Of a stretch of 64,000 bases of DNA, positions 39,201 to 52,492 are shown piece by piece; position 1 is the first letter of the stretch, and each line of letters begins with the position of its first letter. This DNA comes from Lepidodermella squamata (taxonomy: Eukaryota > Animalia > Gastrotricha), in contig JBLDXI010000002.1 in the NCBI GenBank assembly GCA_047495785.1, positions 2,852,001-2,916,000 of the forward strand, in the 5' to 3' direction. The notes beneath the pieces are model-generated. The model had not been told where the DNA came from. It made no database searches and worked only from the letters and a program-made list of their open reading frames with translations. The translations under genes were made by a program, and so were the position numbers.

Positions 39201-39338
39201 TCTGATTTCTACTCCAATTTTCAAAGATTGCTGTCTTTACCCCTGAATATGGAAATTATGCTCGATCTGATAAAGCCATTGAAAAAAATCAGGGAGACCG
39301 AAGCCTTCAAAAGTTGGTACGAGACCCAGCTACCTTAA
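36285..39338 (+). CDS. Predicted 2-exon gene, join(36285..36777,38962..39338), 289 aa; basic patch, acidic linker and DUF3102-like C-terminal region
   Basis: The GT donor at 36778 and TTTTAG acceptor at 38961 join in frame (G|GA), with no stops. Confidence 0.65.
37648..38700. mobile_element. TIR DNA element (hAT-like) inside the intron
   Basis: C(T/A)GGGGTGTATTTTT termini; CCCGG-rich subterminal motifs; no clear TSD. Confidence 0.6.
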
Positions 39339-40195
39339 CACTGCTCACCTTTTTTACTCGATTGTTGATTCTCAAATGGCGTGACATTATTACTCATCGT
39401 TTCTTGTATTCATGCTTATATTTTGGTTAAAGCGCCTTCGACATCGCTCAAAATTGGATTGTATTCTTCGAAAATTTGCGTATACTCCTCTTATGAAATT
39501 AGAGATGAAGTATGATTGATGAAAAATGAAATTTCGAGTGAAGGCTTTACATCTTCTGTTGCTTAATGTTTTGCCGACGATACCAAATTTCACACAATAG
39601 TTCATTCCATTGATGACTGTATTCTGTATTGCTCTTCAAGCTAGCGTTTGTGCGGCTAAAATTCCTATCTCATAGAGTGTTAATGATCAAAAGGTGTGAA
39701 CATAAAGTATTATTTTTTGCTTGCAATTTGTTCGAGTCATCACAATTTTTTGTCGTGATTGAATAATTTTTTGCGCTGCATATACCACTTCTGGTGCCCT
39801 ATTCGTATTCGTGCCATGGAGTTGAGCCTTTTCTGTGTGGAAAAAAATCGAGAAAATCCACGGGAGTAGAGATAGGACTTCTGATTCCTGGTGAATGCGG
39901 TTTTTAGTATATTGGCAGGCATAACAAATTATTTTTGCCGCGCTAAAGATGACTTTTTTTTAATTGAAGTACCTTTCAAGTCGTTGATCAATGAGAAATA
40001 AGCAGGAATGAATAAATGGATTGTGATATTTTTCTTTTGTCGGGTTTGGAGATATATATTGACGGGCCGGGTCAAGCCTCGATTTTTGGACCAGCGGACA
40101 TCGCTGGTCTAACAGCTTTCCAAGAAATGCATTGTGATGAGGATTGTCAAAGGGCCGGTCAAATTTGACTAAAAAAATCGGCGATGAGATTCTTA

Positions 40196-41409
40196 CTGTG
40201 GTCCTCAACCCAGCTTTTTCCGGCCGCATGTGGCCGGCGGGGCCCAAGCCCGACGCTTTTCCATAAAGCCCCATTTTAATAGAAAAATTCTAAAAATTTC
40301 CTTGCTTCAATAGCTGATTTCATGCTCTTTAGCTGAATTCTCCTCTATCACTCTCTGATATTGACTTTATTGAAAATGTGCAAGTTGAATTGACGAAGCG
40401 TTTGTTGTACTCTGGAAAAAATGTTTATCTTGATAACGGTTTCAACTACGAAGATAGACTGCAAAAATTGGGTCTCTAGAATCTTGAAGAACATCGCCTG
40501 ATTCGAAACTTGACTATGTGCCATAGAATGTGCTAAAAGCGTTGGACCTTGATTTTTCCAATTTTTTACTATTTCTACGTTGTTATCTTTCTTCGGTAGT
40601 GACGCGCCTAAACATTTGTTACTTAAAATAACACACATTATTTCTGATTGAAATGATATCTCGCCACTGCTGATCGCGAAGATTAAATATTGAAGATTGA
40701 AGAAAATACTGATAATATCTCAATGTCTTTTTTCATAGTTGCCTGACTTACGTAAAAGCACCCGTTATTGCGCACTTCTTGAGAATAATGCCCGCTGCTC
40801 TTGAAGAAAACAGCGAATCGCGATCACCACCTTGCGGCTCAATGCTAAATCCGGCTGTTCGGTAATAGCTGAAAGTCCCATTTCGATATTATCACCCGCC
40901 GCTCATTCAACATTCCGTTATCAGTTAGTGCCGATTTAAACTTGAAAATGATGATGAGCTTGGCACAGTGGGCACAGTTCTGAAACCCCGTTTTTTCGGC
41001 CACACGCGGCCGGCGAGGCCCACTTTGGCGACCGGCAGAGGTCCGCCTATCTCTTGCTTTGCGTGCGGCCGGCCGGCTCGTTCGAGGGTAATAGTCCCGG
41101 GTTTCACATAATTTGTGCACATTTCCAGCAAAATTCAATGTAAATGAATGATGAATAGCCACAATTTTCTGAAAAATTTCTCGCTGAATATGATATCATA
41201 ATTGAGCCATTCCATAGTTCATAAATTCAAGCTGTTTTTGGCGTCTATATCAGCTGCATCATTGGGTTTTTCGGACATTCTTGTAGGCCGAAATATTCCT
41301 ATTTTATCATTATCAGCGCCGGTTGAGGTTTCAAGAGGCAATGCGGCCGGAAAGCTCGCCGGCCGGCCGCCATTTTTGACCAGGAGCGAAAATAGTTGGA
41401 GAATCACTG
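40196..41409. mobile_element. Old hAT/Charlie-like element; related termini at ~47700-47718 and 48898-49149
   Basis: Termini resemble CAGTGGTTCTCAA; GGCCGGCC subterminal motifs; TSD not recovered. Confidence 0.45.
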
Positions 41410-42065
41410 GCTTGGCACATCAAATCTGAATGTCCCTCCCCCTTATTTTTCCTTTGCAAAAATTATCCATAAATTCGGGAAAACAAGGAAAATCGAATTG
41501 TAAGTCGTAGTGCTTTCAAACAAGCAGTATTACACGCCGGTTCTCGAGTTACTCAGTATAAGCCATTATTCTGCAATAAAATAGAGGTTTTCTTGTAATC
41601 ATAAGTTGATCCTTTGCAATTTTCCCTAGTTTTCTTCAGTCTGTTTATTTCAAGTTATTTTCATTTTATGTTTTTAAGGAGGGGTTGATATGCTGCTAAT
41701 CACGCTGTGGTGCTCATTGGTCATCAAGATGGAACCTTGAGTTCCGAATTCGTCGCAGACGTGCCGTGGCTGGGATTTGACTTCGGCTCGAAACGTGCTT
41801 GAAAATGGCAAGGAAACCTCACAAAATCCGGCGATTTCGGCCCACACGACTGGCTTGTTTGCGTCACGTTAGTTGAACTGAATTTCTCACACTTTGATTT
41901 TTCTATTTTTCTAACCAATAGATTAATTGGCCATTTGTTCAAAAATCATCTTGTGGATACTGTTTGTGAAGCTCATTAAGAATTAGGAAACTATTTAAGC
42001 CTTACTATGTATTGCTGGAAACAATATTCGCCATTTTATTTTGAAGGTTATTGATATTATATTTG

Positions 42066-43652
42066 ATGCCACCTCGCAAACGAAAAAATGTTGACCCAAT
42101 CGAAGATGCTCCGCCGACTGAAACTCGAAATTGCGACCAACTCACGAACGAGCTGTTATTCTCGTTACCGACTCAGATGACTAGGCAAATTTTCCTCTAC
42201 CTGAGAAATCGAGACTTATTTCTACGCTGCTCACTCGTTTGCAAACAGTAGGCAATTTTTAATTCGGCGATTCTTTGCTAATATGTTTGATATAGGTGGA
42301 AAGAATATCTTGATTGTGACTTCTTTTGGGAGGGTTTCATCCAACGAGAATTTCCGGCCGATAGATGCAGGCTATTTCTGTGTGATAAGGAAGCTCTTCA
42401 TCGATTTCAGTACGACCTGAAAACCAAGGCAATTTTCCGGGCTAGAAACCCTTTAATACGCGATGTGCCGATATACGTGCCCAATTATCGGGCTGGCCAT
42501 ACAGCTCCACCTCGGAGAGTCGACCCTGAGGCTGATGATAAACTTAGACGGAAGTCAAAAGTTGGCTTGGATGAATTTTTAAGAGCTGTACCGGTTGCAA
42601 TCCCGGAAATCATGGAACCTGAATGTAATTTCTCCAAATGCCCGACTTCGTTCGAGAAAAATTGGTGTTGTAGCTGCTGGCTTCTAAAACTGCCAGTTGG
42701 AAGCCTACCGGTAAGCTAGAGTCGAATTAGCCACTTTTTTTCAGGAAATTTTCTTAGGCTTTTGACATCTTGCGGATTCCGATCCAAATGTTCGTGAAAT
42801 GGGCAGAGGGCACTCATCGATCTGTTCTTTTTCTCGATTCCGAGCTACAGATCATCCACACTTTTGAGGTGGTGTTGCTAACTATTCGTCGCATACATTA
42901 CATTCAAGTTTCATTCCTATTTTATAGTTCCAACCAGCAGACGATGATTGCAATACGATTAAAATCGTTATGGTGGACGAGTACCCTGCCGGCGTAAGGT
43001 ATTTAGCCTCGAATTCCGAGCTTCTTGGTCTCGAAATCCGTGCCGTCTTTCCGAGCTTATTTAAAGCTAACAAACTTGTAAGTATTCATTTATTTATTTG
43101 GCAAAAAGGTGTAAGAGGAAATGACAGACATTTGAATTCCTTTTATTTATTGGCGTTTCAGTTTTAAAATTTAAAATTTAAAATTCAAATTGTGTACACT
43201 TTCCCGCGACTGAGCGTCTGTGTACCGTTTCGGGTTTTGAGGAGGGCGAAGACGAGGCAAACCAAAAGAATCAGTCACCCGCCCTCACGTCCGAGAGTAA
43301 ATTTTATTAATTTTTTTAGTTTTTAGGTTATGAATTTGGGCCTAAGTATCTGCCAGAAGAACATCGAGCAAGTCAAAGCGGTTTTTGAGCAAGATCCCGA
43401 TCTGCTGCGAGGCACTAAAGTCGAAAAACCAGTGTACGTTGATCATTGTGACGATCCAGAGACGTACCATCACTACGAGGGCCCAATGATGCACGCCCTT
43501 CGTCGTGTCGTGATAATCGGCAAATCATCAAAATTCTGCTGCAGAATGGAGCTCCGTTTGACCCGAGTTTCCTGACCTATGCGTTGAAATACAACCTCCG
43601 AAATGTCGTGAGAATGCTCGTGAAACGTGGTGTTGACCCGATTATGCCGTAG
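42066..43652 (+). pseudogene. F-box protein with C-terminal ankyrin-like repeats, one frameshift
   Basis: F-box LFSLPTQMTRQIFLYL...CSLVCKQ|WKE across a 48-nt intron; further short introns; ankyrin-like IIKILLQNGA...VVRMLVKRGVD reached via a 5-bp duplication at ~43502-43511. Confidence 0.8.
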
Positions 43653-44195
43653 ATAATATAGATTATGTCGTGATTATTTACAGTATTTTCGTATTATTTT
43701 GGTTATGGTTGCACGGCCCGACCTATGAAATGACGAAGATATATTGCTGACACGCTTAGGTGTAGCACGCTTCTTGACTTGCCAATCCTTCTTATAGGCT
43801 GGCCGGTTTTTAAAAGAAATGATACAGACCGTGTTATTTTAAGGTTGATGTTTTCATGTCTTCATGTCGTTCAAAAAATTGAAGTAAAACTGTCTACTGT
43901 CTAGGAACTGGTCGGCTCTTAAAAAGGAATAAAAAGCACGTCTTGTTATTTGTACTTTACTATTTCGTTCAAAATGGATGTTGAAATCTTGTGAAAAATA
44001 GTATTACTAACTGCTCATGAATGTTTCGATCTTCGGTGCTTCTGACGAAACAAATAAAAGTTTTTCATAATTATTTCCGTCTTTTTTGCGTAGAGAAGTT
44101 GAATCATTATTGAAATGCGAAATCAGAAGAGGAACTTGCCCAGGTTCGGATTTTTCATTTTGAAATGTAAAACTGCTATGGCTGTTCTATTCCAC

Positions 44196-44456
44196 TTCAG
44201 AGAGTTGTTGACGACCTATAACAAATTGGCTGATCATTGTTTCAGCGACTGCATTCACGATTTTACGAAACCAATGAAGAGGTATAATTTTGATACAAGT
44301 TGAAAATTTCGATTAAAAACTGGTTGTTTTTAGGAAAGTTGTGCGATAACTTGTATAGAAAAATACCGCAAGGCAACCCAGAGAATAGGACTGCGGTTCC
44401 AACAGCACCAAATGACTTTATATGGGAATGCTCTGGCAGCTCAAGATAAAAAATGA
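44196..44456 (+). pseudogene. TIM9: Tim9-like mitochondrial small Tim fragment
   Basis: FRELLTTYNKLADHCFSDCIHDFT / ESCAITCIEKYRKATQRIGLRFQQHQ twin CX3C; intron 44282-44333; exon phases do not match. Confidence 0.8.
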
Positions 44457-44494
44457 AGTGTCGGAGCTGTGTCACGAGAATTAGCCCTCGAAGT

Positions 44495-44947
44495 TTACGT
44501 ACCACCCTCGATCAAAAACGCGGATGAAATTTCGAAATCATCGTGAATAACACGATGGAATTCAACTGCGACGCCGAGGGCTTCCCATCGCCGAAAATCA
44601 GCTGGTTCAAAAACGACCGGCCCTGGCTTGGAACAACGACGTCACCCTGGCGCCCAGCCTAGTCGACGGCCGCCGGTTGAAAATCAGCCGAGTCGCCCGA
44701 CCTACGGCGATTTATGCCTGTCGCCGCTAACGCCGCTGGTCGGCTGGTTAAGCTGTTCAAACTCGACGTCCTAGTCCCGCCTGTTATCGACTCGATCGCA
44801 GTTGTGAAAAATGTGATGGTTATTGTCAATAATTCCGCTGTACTGCGATGCCCGGCTTCTGGTCACCCGCCGCCTGAAATTGTTTGGTACAAGAACGATG
44901 AAGTGCTGGACCAGGCGACGGATCCGAATATCAAATGGAGTGCGGAC
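44495..44947 (+). pseudogene. Hemicentin-like tandem Ig-domain fragment
   Basis: FNCDAEGFPSPKISWFKN...LDVLVPPVI...LRCPASGHPPPEIVWYKN; frameshifted. Confidence 0.75.
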
Positions 44948-45900
44948 TTCCTTCACCGACCGCGAATTCAGCTGCCGGGTAGGCAACGGCCATAGTAGCG
45001 TACGGCAAATCACCGGCGGTGTCCCGCAAGGTTCACCACTGAGCCCGATACTGTACTTTCTGTATACGGCCGACCTACCGCGGGACCTGCCGAAATCGGT
45101 GTCTAACTGCCTTTTCGCCGATGATATTGCACTTATCTCAAAAAGCAAGAAAGGCGAGGTCGCCCGCGCCAACCTTAACGAAGGCATGTCGAAAGTTTCG
45201 GCTTACTTCAAGAAATGGCGGCTGAAAGCGAATGCCGGAAAGAGCCAAGCGATTCGAATTTCGAACACGTCAAACCCCCCGAGTCAGCTATTGAGTTGGA
45301 TGACACAGAGTTGAAATGGCACAACGAGGTGAAATACCTGGGTGTGACAATTGACTCGAAGCTGCTATTCAAAAAGCAAATCGACTTGGCTATCGCAAAG
45401 GCGGCGCAGCGTTTCGTGGCACTGCATGCCGTCTGTAGGAGAAGTTTCGGCCTAAGCAAAGAAGCGGCCGTAACAGTCTACAAAGCCTGCATAAGAAGCG
45501 TGCTAATATTCGGCAGCCTTGCTTGGGTCGGTATCAATGGCTCGCCTCAAAACAAACTCGTGATACAAAACCAAGCTCTCAGAATTGCCCTGCGCCTTCC
45601 GCCGTGGCACAATACCGATGACCTTCGCAAACGGGCCGGTATCGAATCTATTTATTTCGGTCAGAGTTCGCTTAAGCCCGAACCCTAGCACTCCGTTTCG
45701 TGATGCTAGGGCGGGGCCTTAAACAAGTCCTTCCGGCGTCGCTCTGGATTCGGTTCTGAGATCGTTGACCAGTCTAGGTTACAATCCTTGGATGCCCGGC
45801 CCTAGATGATCTGCTTTTAGAGCATTCAGCGACGACCCTATAAAGTCCGCTTGGCGCCAAGTTGAGTGTGCTAAGGACGACTCGGAGGATACGATCAGGT
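44948..45900 (+). mobile_element. 5'-truncated Jockey/I-group LINE RT
   Basis: GVPQGSPLSPILYFLYTAD, FADD, KYLGVTIDSKL. Confidence 0.88.
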
Positions 45901-46429
45901 TTTATTGTTGAATGATGATTCTTCAGCTTAATTTGCTCAAAACTTTCACTGAAAAGACTGGACTTTGAACCATGAAATTAAGGCCGCATCCGATTAAAGA
46001 CCGCACCCAAATAATCGCCGCGTTTTTAGGCCGTTTTCAAATTCAGGAAAATAGTCGCCGCGGCCCTTATTCGAAAAAATACGGTATATAAATTTTGAAT
46101 TATTTTTTATTGACTTCGAATGTTTGACCTGATTTTTGTTTTTTTGTTAATATCTTCGTTTCAAAAAAATATTTTCAATCGTATTAAAAAATCGCTAAAA
46201 TCAGGTAAATTCAAAAGAAATTCAAAATCTGGAATTCATTGAGGTGGATTTTTCATTAATTTCGCGTTATGTTTCTCATTATAGTACCGCCAAGAATCGA
46301 GCGATCTGCGATTAAAACGGTGGTCCAGGTTGTTGTTAACCGATCAACGAATGTTTCGCATCCGGTATTCCGCTGCCAACTATCTCGTGGTTCTGCAGCC
46401 ATTTTACCTGACAGAAGCCCTCGCAAGAG

Positions 46430-46600
46430 AAAAGGTGGCAAGGTTCGGACGAAGCGGTATATCGGGCCGTATTGCATCGTGAAACTGGTCAACGACGGCC
46501 GAAATGCGGTGCTGGCGCGAGTCGACCCCGTCAACGTGGAAAGTAAGAAGACGGTGAGCTACAAGTCTCCTGTTCTACAACTCAAACATTACGTTGCCAA
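46430..46600 (+). mobile_element. Isolated gypsy GPY/F fragment
   Basis: KRYIGPYCIVKL...QLKHY. Confidence 0.55.
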
Positions 46601-46741
46601 AGGTAAATTGTTAAATTAGGAATTAATTAGACCTAGATTGTTTAGATTCGCTCTAGGTTAGGAATATTATGTTTTGTTTGGATGGTCATTTTTTAGAAAT
46701 TTGACATACAATACATTCGCCATTTTTGAGGTGCTAATATA

Positions 46742-46884
46742 CCGTATTTGTTCCACTGGTAGTAGCCCAGGGTTGAGGGGTCAACTCGGTTCGAAAACAT
46801 CAATAATAAACGATTCGCCAATTTTTTCAAATTTTCAAATTTTTGAAATTTTAGCAGTCCGGGCTGCTATATAAAAAAATACGG
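46742..46884. mobile_element. Tc1/pogo-type MITE
   Basis: TA flanks; TIR CCGTATTT...TAG(T/C)AGCCC. Confidence 0.65.
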
Positions 46885-47831
46885 TATAACCAAAAAAACC
46901 GCGCTTTATGAATACCGTAAAAACTGAAATTGGGTCCTAGGTCTATAATAGTGCCTCGCCTAGTCTAAGCCCCCAGTCTGAGCGATGATTGAACTAATAA
47001 TATCTTAGGCCTAAATTAGTGTCTTGGTTTCTTAATAATTTTTTTGCACTTCTCACATGACTGAAAAATATCAATTGCATTTCCGAATCCTTCTTAGCAA
47101 AAATTCAATTAAATTGATGCGAAGCTCAAATCTGATCTGGTGAGAATAAATGCCTGTTAGTTGAGATGATTTGTCATCATTTCTCGTCAGAAAAATGCCC
47201 CGATGTTGTTGATAACCGAGGAAGATTCCGAGGGAAATGAAAACGTTCTCTACGAAGAGGACATTTGACTGTTGTTTCATTTTTGAACGCTTTTCCAAAT
47301 TAATTTTGAATCTCATGAAGATATATTCAAATAAATAGTACCACATTGCCTCATTTTTTTAGGACAAAGCAGCAAACTCGTTGCTCGTCTACTGGAATGC
47401 GAAGCTGAGGAAAAGCGAAGCCTCAGCTTAGACGTGGAGTCTCCTGAACCGCCTGCGACAACAGCGCCTGCGAAATCGGAAAAAAACCTCGAGGGAGCCG
47501 CGACAAAAATCGATGAAGAAGCCAGCTGTTACATCGATCGCCTTAAAATCCGGGTTGAAAACGGCCTTTCTCTCAAATCGCCAGCATCGCCTACATTGCC
47601 AATCGCCGAATCGCCCGTTTTACACTAAACCGGTGGAGGGTTCAGGCGACAATGCGGCCAGAAAGGTGCATCCGGTCGCAATCTTTGGCTGGGTGCGAAA
47701 ATAGTTTGAGAACCACTGCTTTATTTCACTCGCCCATTTAGCGCACAACATTTCCGTTACGCAGGTCATAATAACGAATAATTATTCGTCGCTTTTTGAT
47801 TACTCGCAAAGTGAGCGAGTTTTTAACGGAC

Positions 47832-47894
47832 GCGTGCGGGTCAAAGTCCACAGCGTTCAGTCGGACTGAACGCTGTGGACTTTGACCCGCACGC
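47832..47894. repeat. Perfect palindrome, 31-bp arms and 1-nt spacer
   Basis: GCGTGCGGGTCAAAGTCCACAGCGTTCAGTC-G-exact reverse complement. Confidence 0.95.
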
Positions 47895-50800
47895 ACAGCC
47901 AATTTTTATTACGCGCATTTTATTGCTGTTGCTGTTTTATTGCTTTGAATGAGTGAACGTAAAGCACTGCACTTCTCAACGGCTTGTGCCAAATACTTGC
48001 GCCGCATTTGGCACACGCTCACTCCTCGATGTTGGTGTTCCACGTCGGATTAATTTGTTCAATTTATTTATTTTGCTAGAATTAATTTTTTATTTGCGTG
48101 AGTGGCGATGGCTGGCGAGTGGCCCATCGCTTGGTTTCGCCTACTTCCAAAGTTTTGCCATCGGTGGAAATATGGCCTAAAAACCAGAGCCGTCGACGAC
48201 ATCGCCGGATAAAACTGCCCGCCTCCGCCACGCGAAACGACTGAATCGACGAATTTCTGATTCTAATTCGGCAAAATTAGCACGGCTTTGGGCGGTGATC
48301 TGACCGCAACGACTATAAACGCTAAAATCGAAGTGAAGTTCCCGATGCGCTGGATAATCGAGGCTGATATGTCCTTATTTGGAAGCAAATCAGTGGCATG
48401 ATGCTGGGCGACAACGGCGCCCTGTTCAGAATTTTCTATGGATGAAGTTAGTCGGCCGATCGAGCCGCCCACGTCGTTGATCGCGGCAGCCGTTGTCTCG
48501 ACTGCCGGCAACGCATGCGACTGCATTTTATTCAGGTAGATATTACGGTCAGAATTAAATTTTTTTCGATAGTAATGATTTTGCGCTTTTGCGCTTTTTC
48601 GGTTTCTTTTTATATTTTTGCTGCCGGTTGCATGCATTCTCAAATTTTTCGAAGCCACCGTTGATATATTAGTATTTATTTCTATTCGACCACACCTGCT
48701 CAGCTGTTGGCCGGACGTGGATTTTTCGAGAATAAGAACAAGCAGTCAATCGCAGATGGGGAAATAAATACTGGCGAAACATTTAGGCGCGATTTTAAAT
48801 TTTTAAATTTGCAATTAAATCGCGAATTTTTTTAATTTTTCGCTATTATACGTTGACGCCAATTTTATACGTTGACGCCAAAATAACCCTTGTACGGCAG
48901 TGATTTGCAAGCCCAATTTTTCGGCCGCAAGTGGCCGGCTAACATCATTTTTGCGGCCGGCCGGGTCTCGTGCATTACCTGGTCTGATTTTTTAATTTCT
49001 ATCGCAAATTTCATCGAAGTTGGATTGCTAGATAAAAATTAAAAAAATTATTGGCCCTAATTATTCTTTTCCGGCTCAGACGCTATATGTGGCCGAAAAT
49101 CTCTCAGCCGGCCGCCGTTTTTGGCCGGGAGCTTGGCAACTTCCGCCTGTATCTGTTAGCACAGTTTTGATGTCATTCAACGCAGGTGCCAATTTTAATT
49201 TAGTTGGCGGTGTAAAAATCTATTTGATCGATCGATAGTTGATCGATAGCAATGTCTCAGTGTCTCGGTAGTACTTGCTTTGAAATACTTCTTAACCTCA
49301 TTTTTGTCTCGTTTTTGTTATACTTCAAATGTGCGCTGTTGTAAAATAATTTATTATTTTGCAGAAATTCGACCCGAACCGATAGTCTCAGGACTTCGAG
49401 AATTCAGCGCCTCTCCGAATTTTGTTCGCCGTAAATTGCTGCCGCTCCGCTCATGCCCGCTCACCGGAGGAAGACAGCCGATATGAAAAGCAGCAACGCA
49501 ACGGGCGCGTCGGTGGTGTAACGGTCGAATAACGGTCGAATAACCGAAGCAGTACGATGCAGTACGGTCACTCGACTCGATGTGAACAGCCTCGAGAGCC
49601 ATTCTAGCCCTAGCTCAACGACGCTGAATCGTCAGCTCTGACGAAAAGGTAGGCAATTGAAAATTTCTGTTCCTCGTTTATTTTGCGCAATTTTTGTTCG
49701 AAATTCCGATGAAAAAAATGCACCTTAATTATTTTCCCTCGCATTGGGATTTTTCTTTAAAAATCTTATCAGAAACTATTATGAGAGTGAGGTAAAATAA
49801 CCGGGTGAGGTCAGGTCAGCTACCATGAGTCAGACAGCAGAACCGGGTGGGGACAGCTTAATAATTTTTCGGTGTCCAATAATAGTGGGGGAATAATAGT
49901 GAAAATGAAATGATGAGCTCGTGACCTAAAAATCACCGAATGAGCGATAATAAAATAGAAGAGACACGAAGCCGACGTTATTATTATTATTAGCGAGCAC
50001 GTCAGCCAAAATTGGCACAAATTTATTACTATCCACGATGCACGATAGTAGGAAATGTATAATTATACAGTTGAAATAAAAAGTCTTGCCCTAGTACGGC
50101 GCGTGCCTTTCTACTTCATGTTTACTGTATAACGCTCGTCTGCTATTTTGATACCGATTTTGATTTATTACCTGACCAGTGTAAGGGGCTGCTTTTATAA
50201 TCGTGCCATTAGTAATTGCGTGAAACAAATTGAAAATTGATTTTCATTTCATCATAAACGTGATTTCTCTTATTTTTCAGCCGCCGTTTTCTTGTTGCTG
50301 GAAGCTGACCGCTGCTGCGTGCACACGAAATAGTAGGCGCTCACCTCTGTTTTCGGTTCGTTTTTTCGACAATGTTTCCGATATGACCCGAGGAACTAAC
50401 GCCGCTGTACTGGTAAAAGGCAAATAACGACACACTCGGCTGGTTACGACCGCTGCGACGTTTCGCGAAAATCGGCCGCTGTTTTCATAACGAGATTTGA
50501 TGATTATTAATGATGATGATGATGACATTTTTTTTATTATATTTTTGTTTCTTCAAATAATAAAAACGTGCACGTGGTTATTTTTCGACTTTTTTTCCCC
50601 GGCTGCGTACTTCGTGTGCTAAAGTTGATAGAAAATCAGATGGACAGGCGTGACAGGGTGAATACTTTCTCATTCCAGCCACCCTGGGCAAACTTGAATG
50701 CAGCAGGTGAGATACGCGGCAATTTTGGGACACTAACATGCCGCTTGGCACAAATAGCCGCATGCAGTGGCAGTAGCGTGAAGCAGCATGAAGTATTATA

Positions 50801-51499
50801 GGAAAACACATGCCAGGCAGCGGATGATACATGCTAGCGAATGATCTATTCCAACAGTCTCAGTAATGCTGACCTTGAGCATAACGCCGCGCTTTCCAAG
50901 TTGAGTAAAAACTTTACTCCGGCTAAATTTATAAATGTTACTCGGAATTAATAAACAATTAACAAATTTCACTGGAGATTCCGTGTCATACCACGGCAGG
51001 TTCGGCGAGCATTTTTCCTTTACTAGTCGAAGTCTCGCTAGGCAGGTTACGTGTGACCGTTTCCATTATATTTACTTCATACGTTCATACGAAGAAGGAC
51101 TGAGCCCTTTGTTCACGCTTAGCCATATTTTCAAGCCTTCGATCCTTCGCTTCCACTTCCACGATTCGGAAGTTTATTAAAACATGATAATTAAATATAA
51201 AATTTTGTCAGAAGCAGAAACACCACTTTTAGTTTCACAGTGCATTAAATTCTTTTTGTATGCAAATAACCCGGATCACAGGGGCGAATCAGTATATTAT
51301 AGTCTATAGTCACCAAAATCCCTGATCGGATTTATGGCCCACCGTTCAAGTCATGTCGGCCAAGTCATTGACAATCTTTCATTTCAGTCTGACTGACTTT
51401 TAATCTAAAACAGGATTGCCATTCGAAGATGCCACAAAGCTTGGAATAAACAGTATTCGGTGAGGTCACGGGATAGGTTATTATAAAGATAACAACGCC

Positions 51500-52432
51500 C
51501 ATGATCTGGATTTGTTTTTTCAGCGATATTCAGCGATATTCGTCCTAGGTGATGCAACCTGGTCGAGAAAAATCGAAAAATAAAAAAAAAATAAAAAAGT
51601 GATAAAATACTCCTAACAGCTCCCGGACTTGAACCTACGCCACACCACAACAGCCACACACCACACTCTCCACACAACCCAGCCTCTCTCACCACTACGC
51701 CACCTCCGCTCTTGTCAGCTGTGCGCGATTGTTAACCAAAGAGGATAATCGCACCTTCAACAACGACGACGAGACAGTACTTGCTACTAACGTGATTCGT
51801 GAATATTGCAGAATAAAATAAATTGCTGGGCGTGTGAGTAATGCGAGTCAGTTCAGCTAAGGCTATACACTGCAAGCTGCAGTCTGAGCCAAGCGGTGAC
51901 CTCTTTCTGACAGTAGCAATGTAATAATCTTGAAATGCCATTAGCCTGCGATCACTGTGCACTTAGACGGCTGTGAAGCTACAAAAACTGCCCACGGTTG
52001 CAATGGCTAATAATTTTGAAAAAATAAACACATGCGATCTCCGTGATCCGCCGTGTAAATTTTGAAAAAATAATACAGGATGAGTGCATGGAACGAAAAA
52101 AAAATAAAACAGATTGAAATATAATGGTGAAAAAGAGTTGGTGTGCTTTACAAGCTCAACGAACAAGCTGTTAAAGCAACCAGCCACCCCTAAAGCTGAC
52201 AGCCAATTAACCAGATCATGCCACCCGCAGCAACTATTATATAGGGTTTGTTGCTTAAAATTGGCAGCAAGCAATTAAGTGGTTATATGACCTACTGCGT
52301 AGTACACAGCAAGCGCATGACCCACAGCCACACACTAAGCACTAAGCACACCAAGCAATTAGCGCTCTCTTTCTCTCAACGCCTTTCACATTGGGCGTGG
52401 AGGGCGTGTTGCTCTTATATATAGTAAAGAGA
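51500..52432 (-). mobile_element. Possible non-autonomous Helitron; 5' end at 52432, 3' end not located
   Basis: The minus strand reads A|TCTCTTTACTATATATAAG, like Helitron 5' TC ends. Confidence 0.4.
51613..51712 (-). promoter_or_regulatory. tRNA-derived Pol III A/B-box segment (SINE-like, not a functional tRNA)
   Basis: A box TGGCGTAGTGG (51692-51702) and B box GGTTCAAGTCC (51625-51635), separated by a GT-rich spacer. Confidence 0.65.
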
Positions 52433-52458
52433 TACTGTGAGCCGAAAGAGCAAAAGGA

Positions 52459-52492
<34 letters not shown>

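Noticed and set aside
51613-51712. Functional tRNA gene
   Set aside because: No convincing acceptor or anticodon stems; low-complexity GT spacer.
52334-52362. CACTAAG repeats as telomeric sequence
   Set aside because: Only 2-3 imperfect units; not a telomere array.
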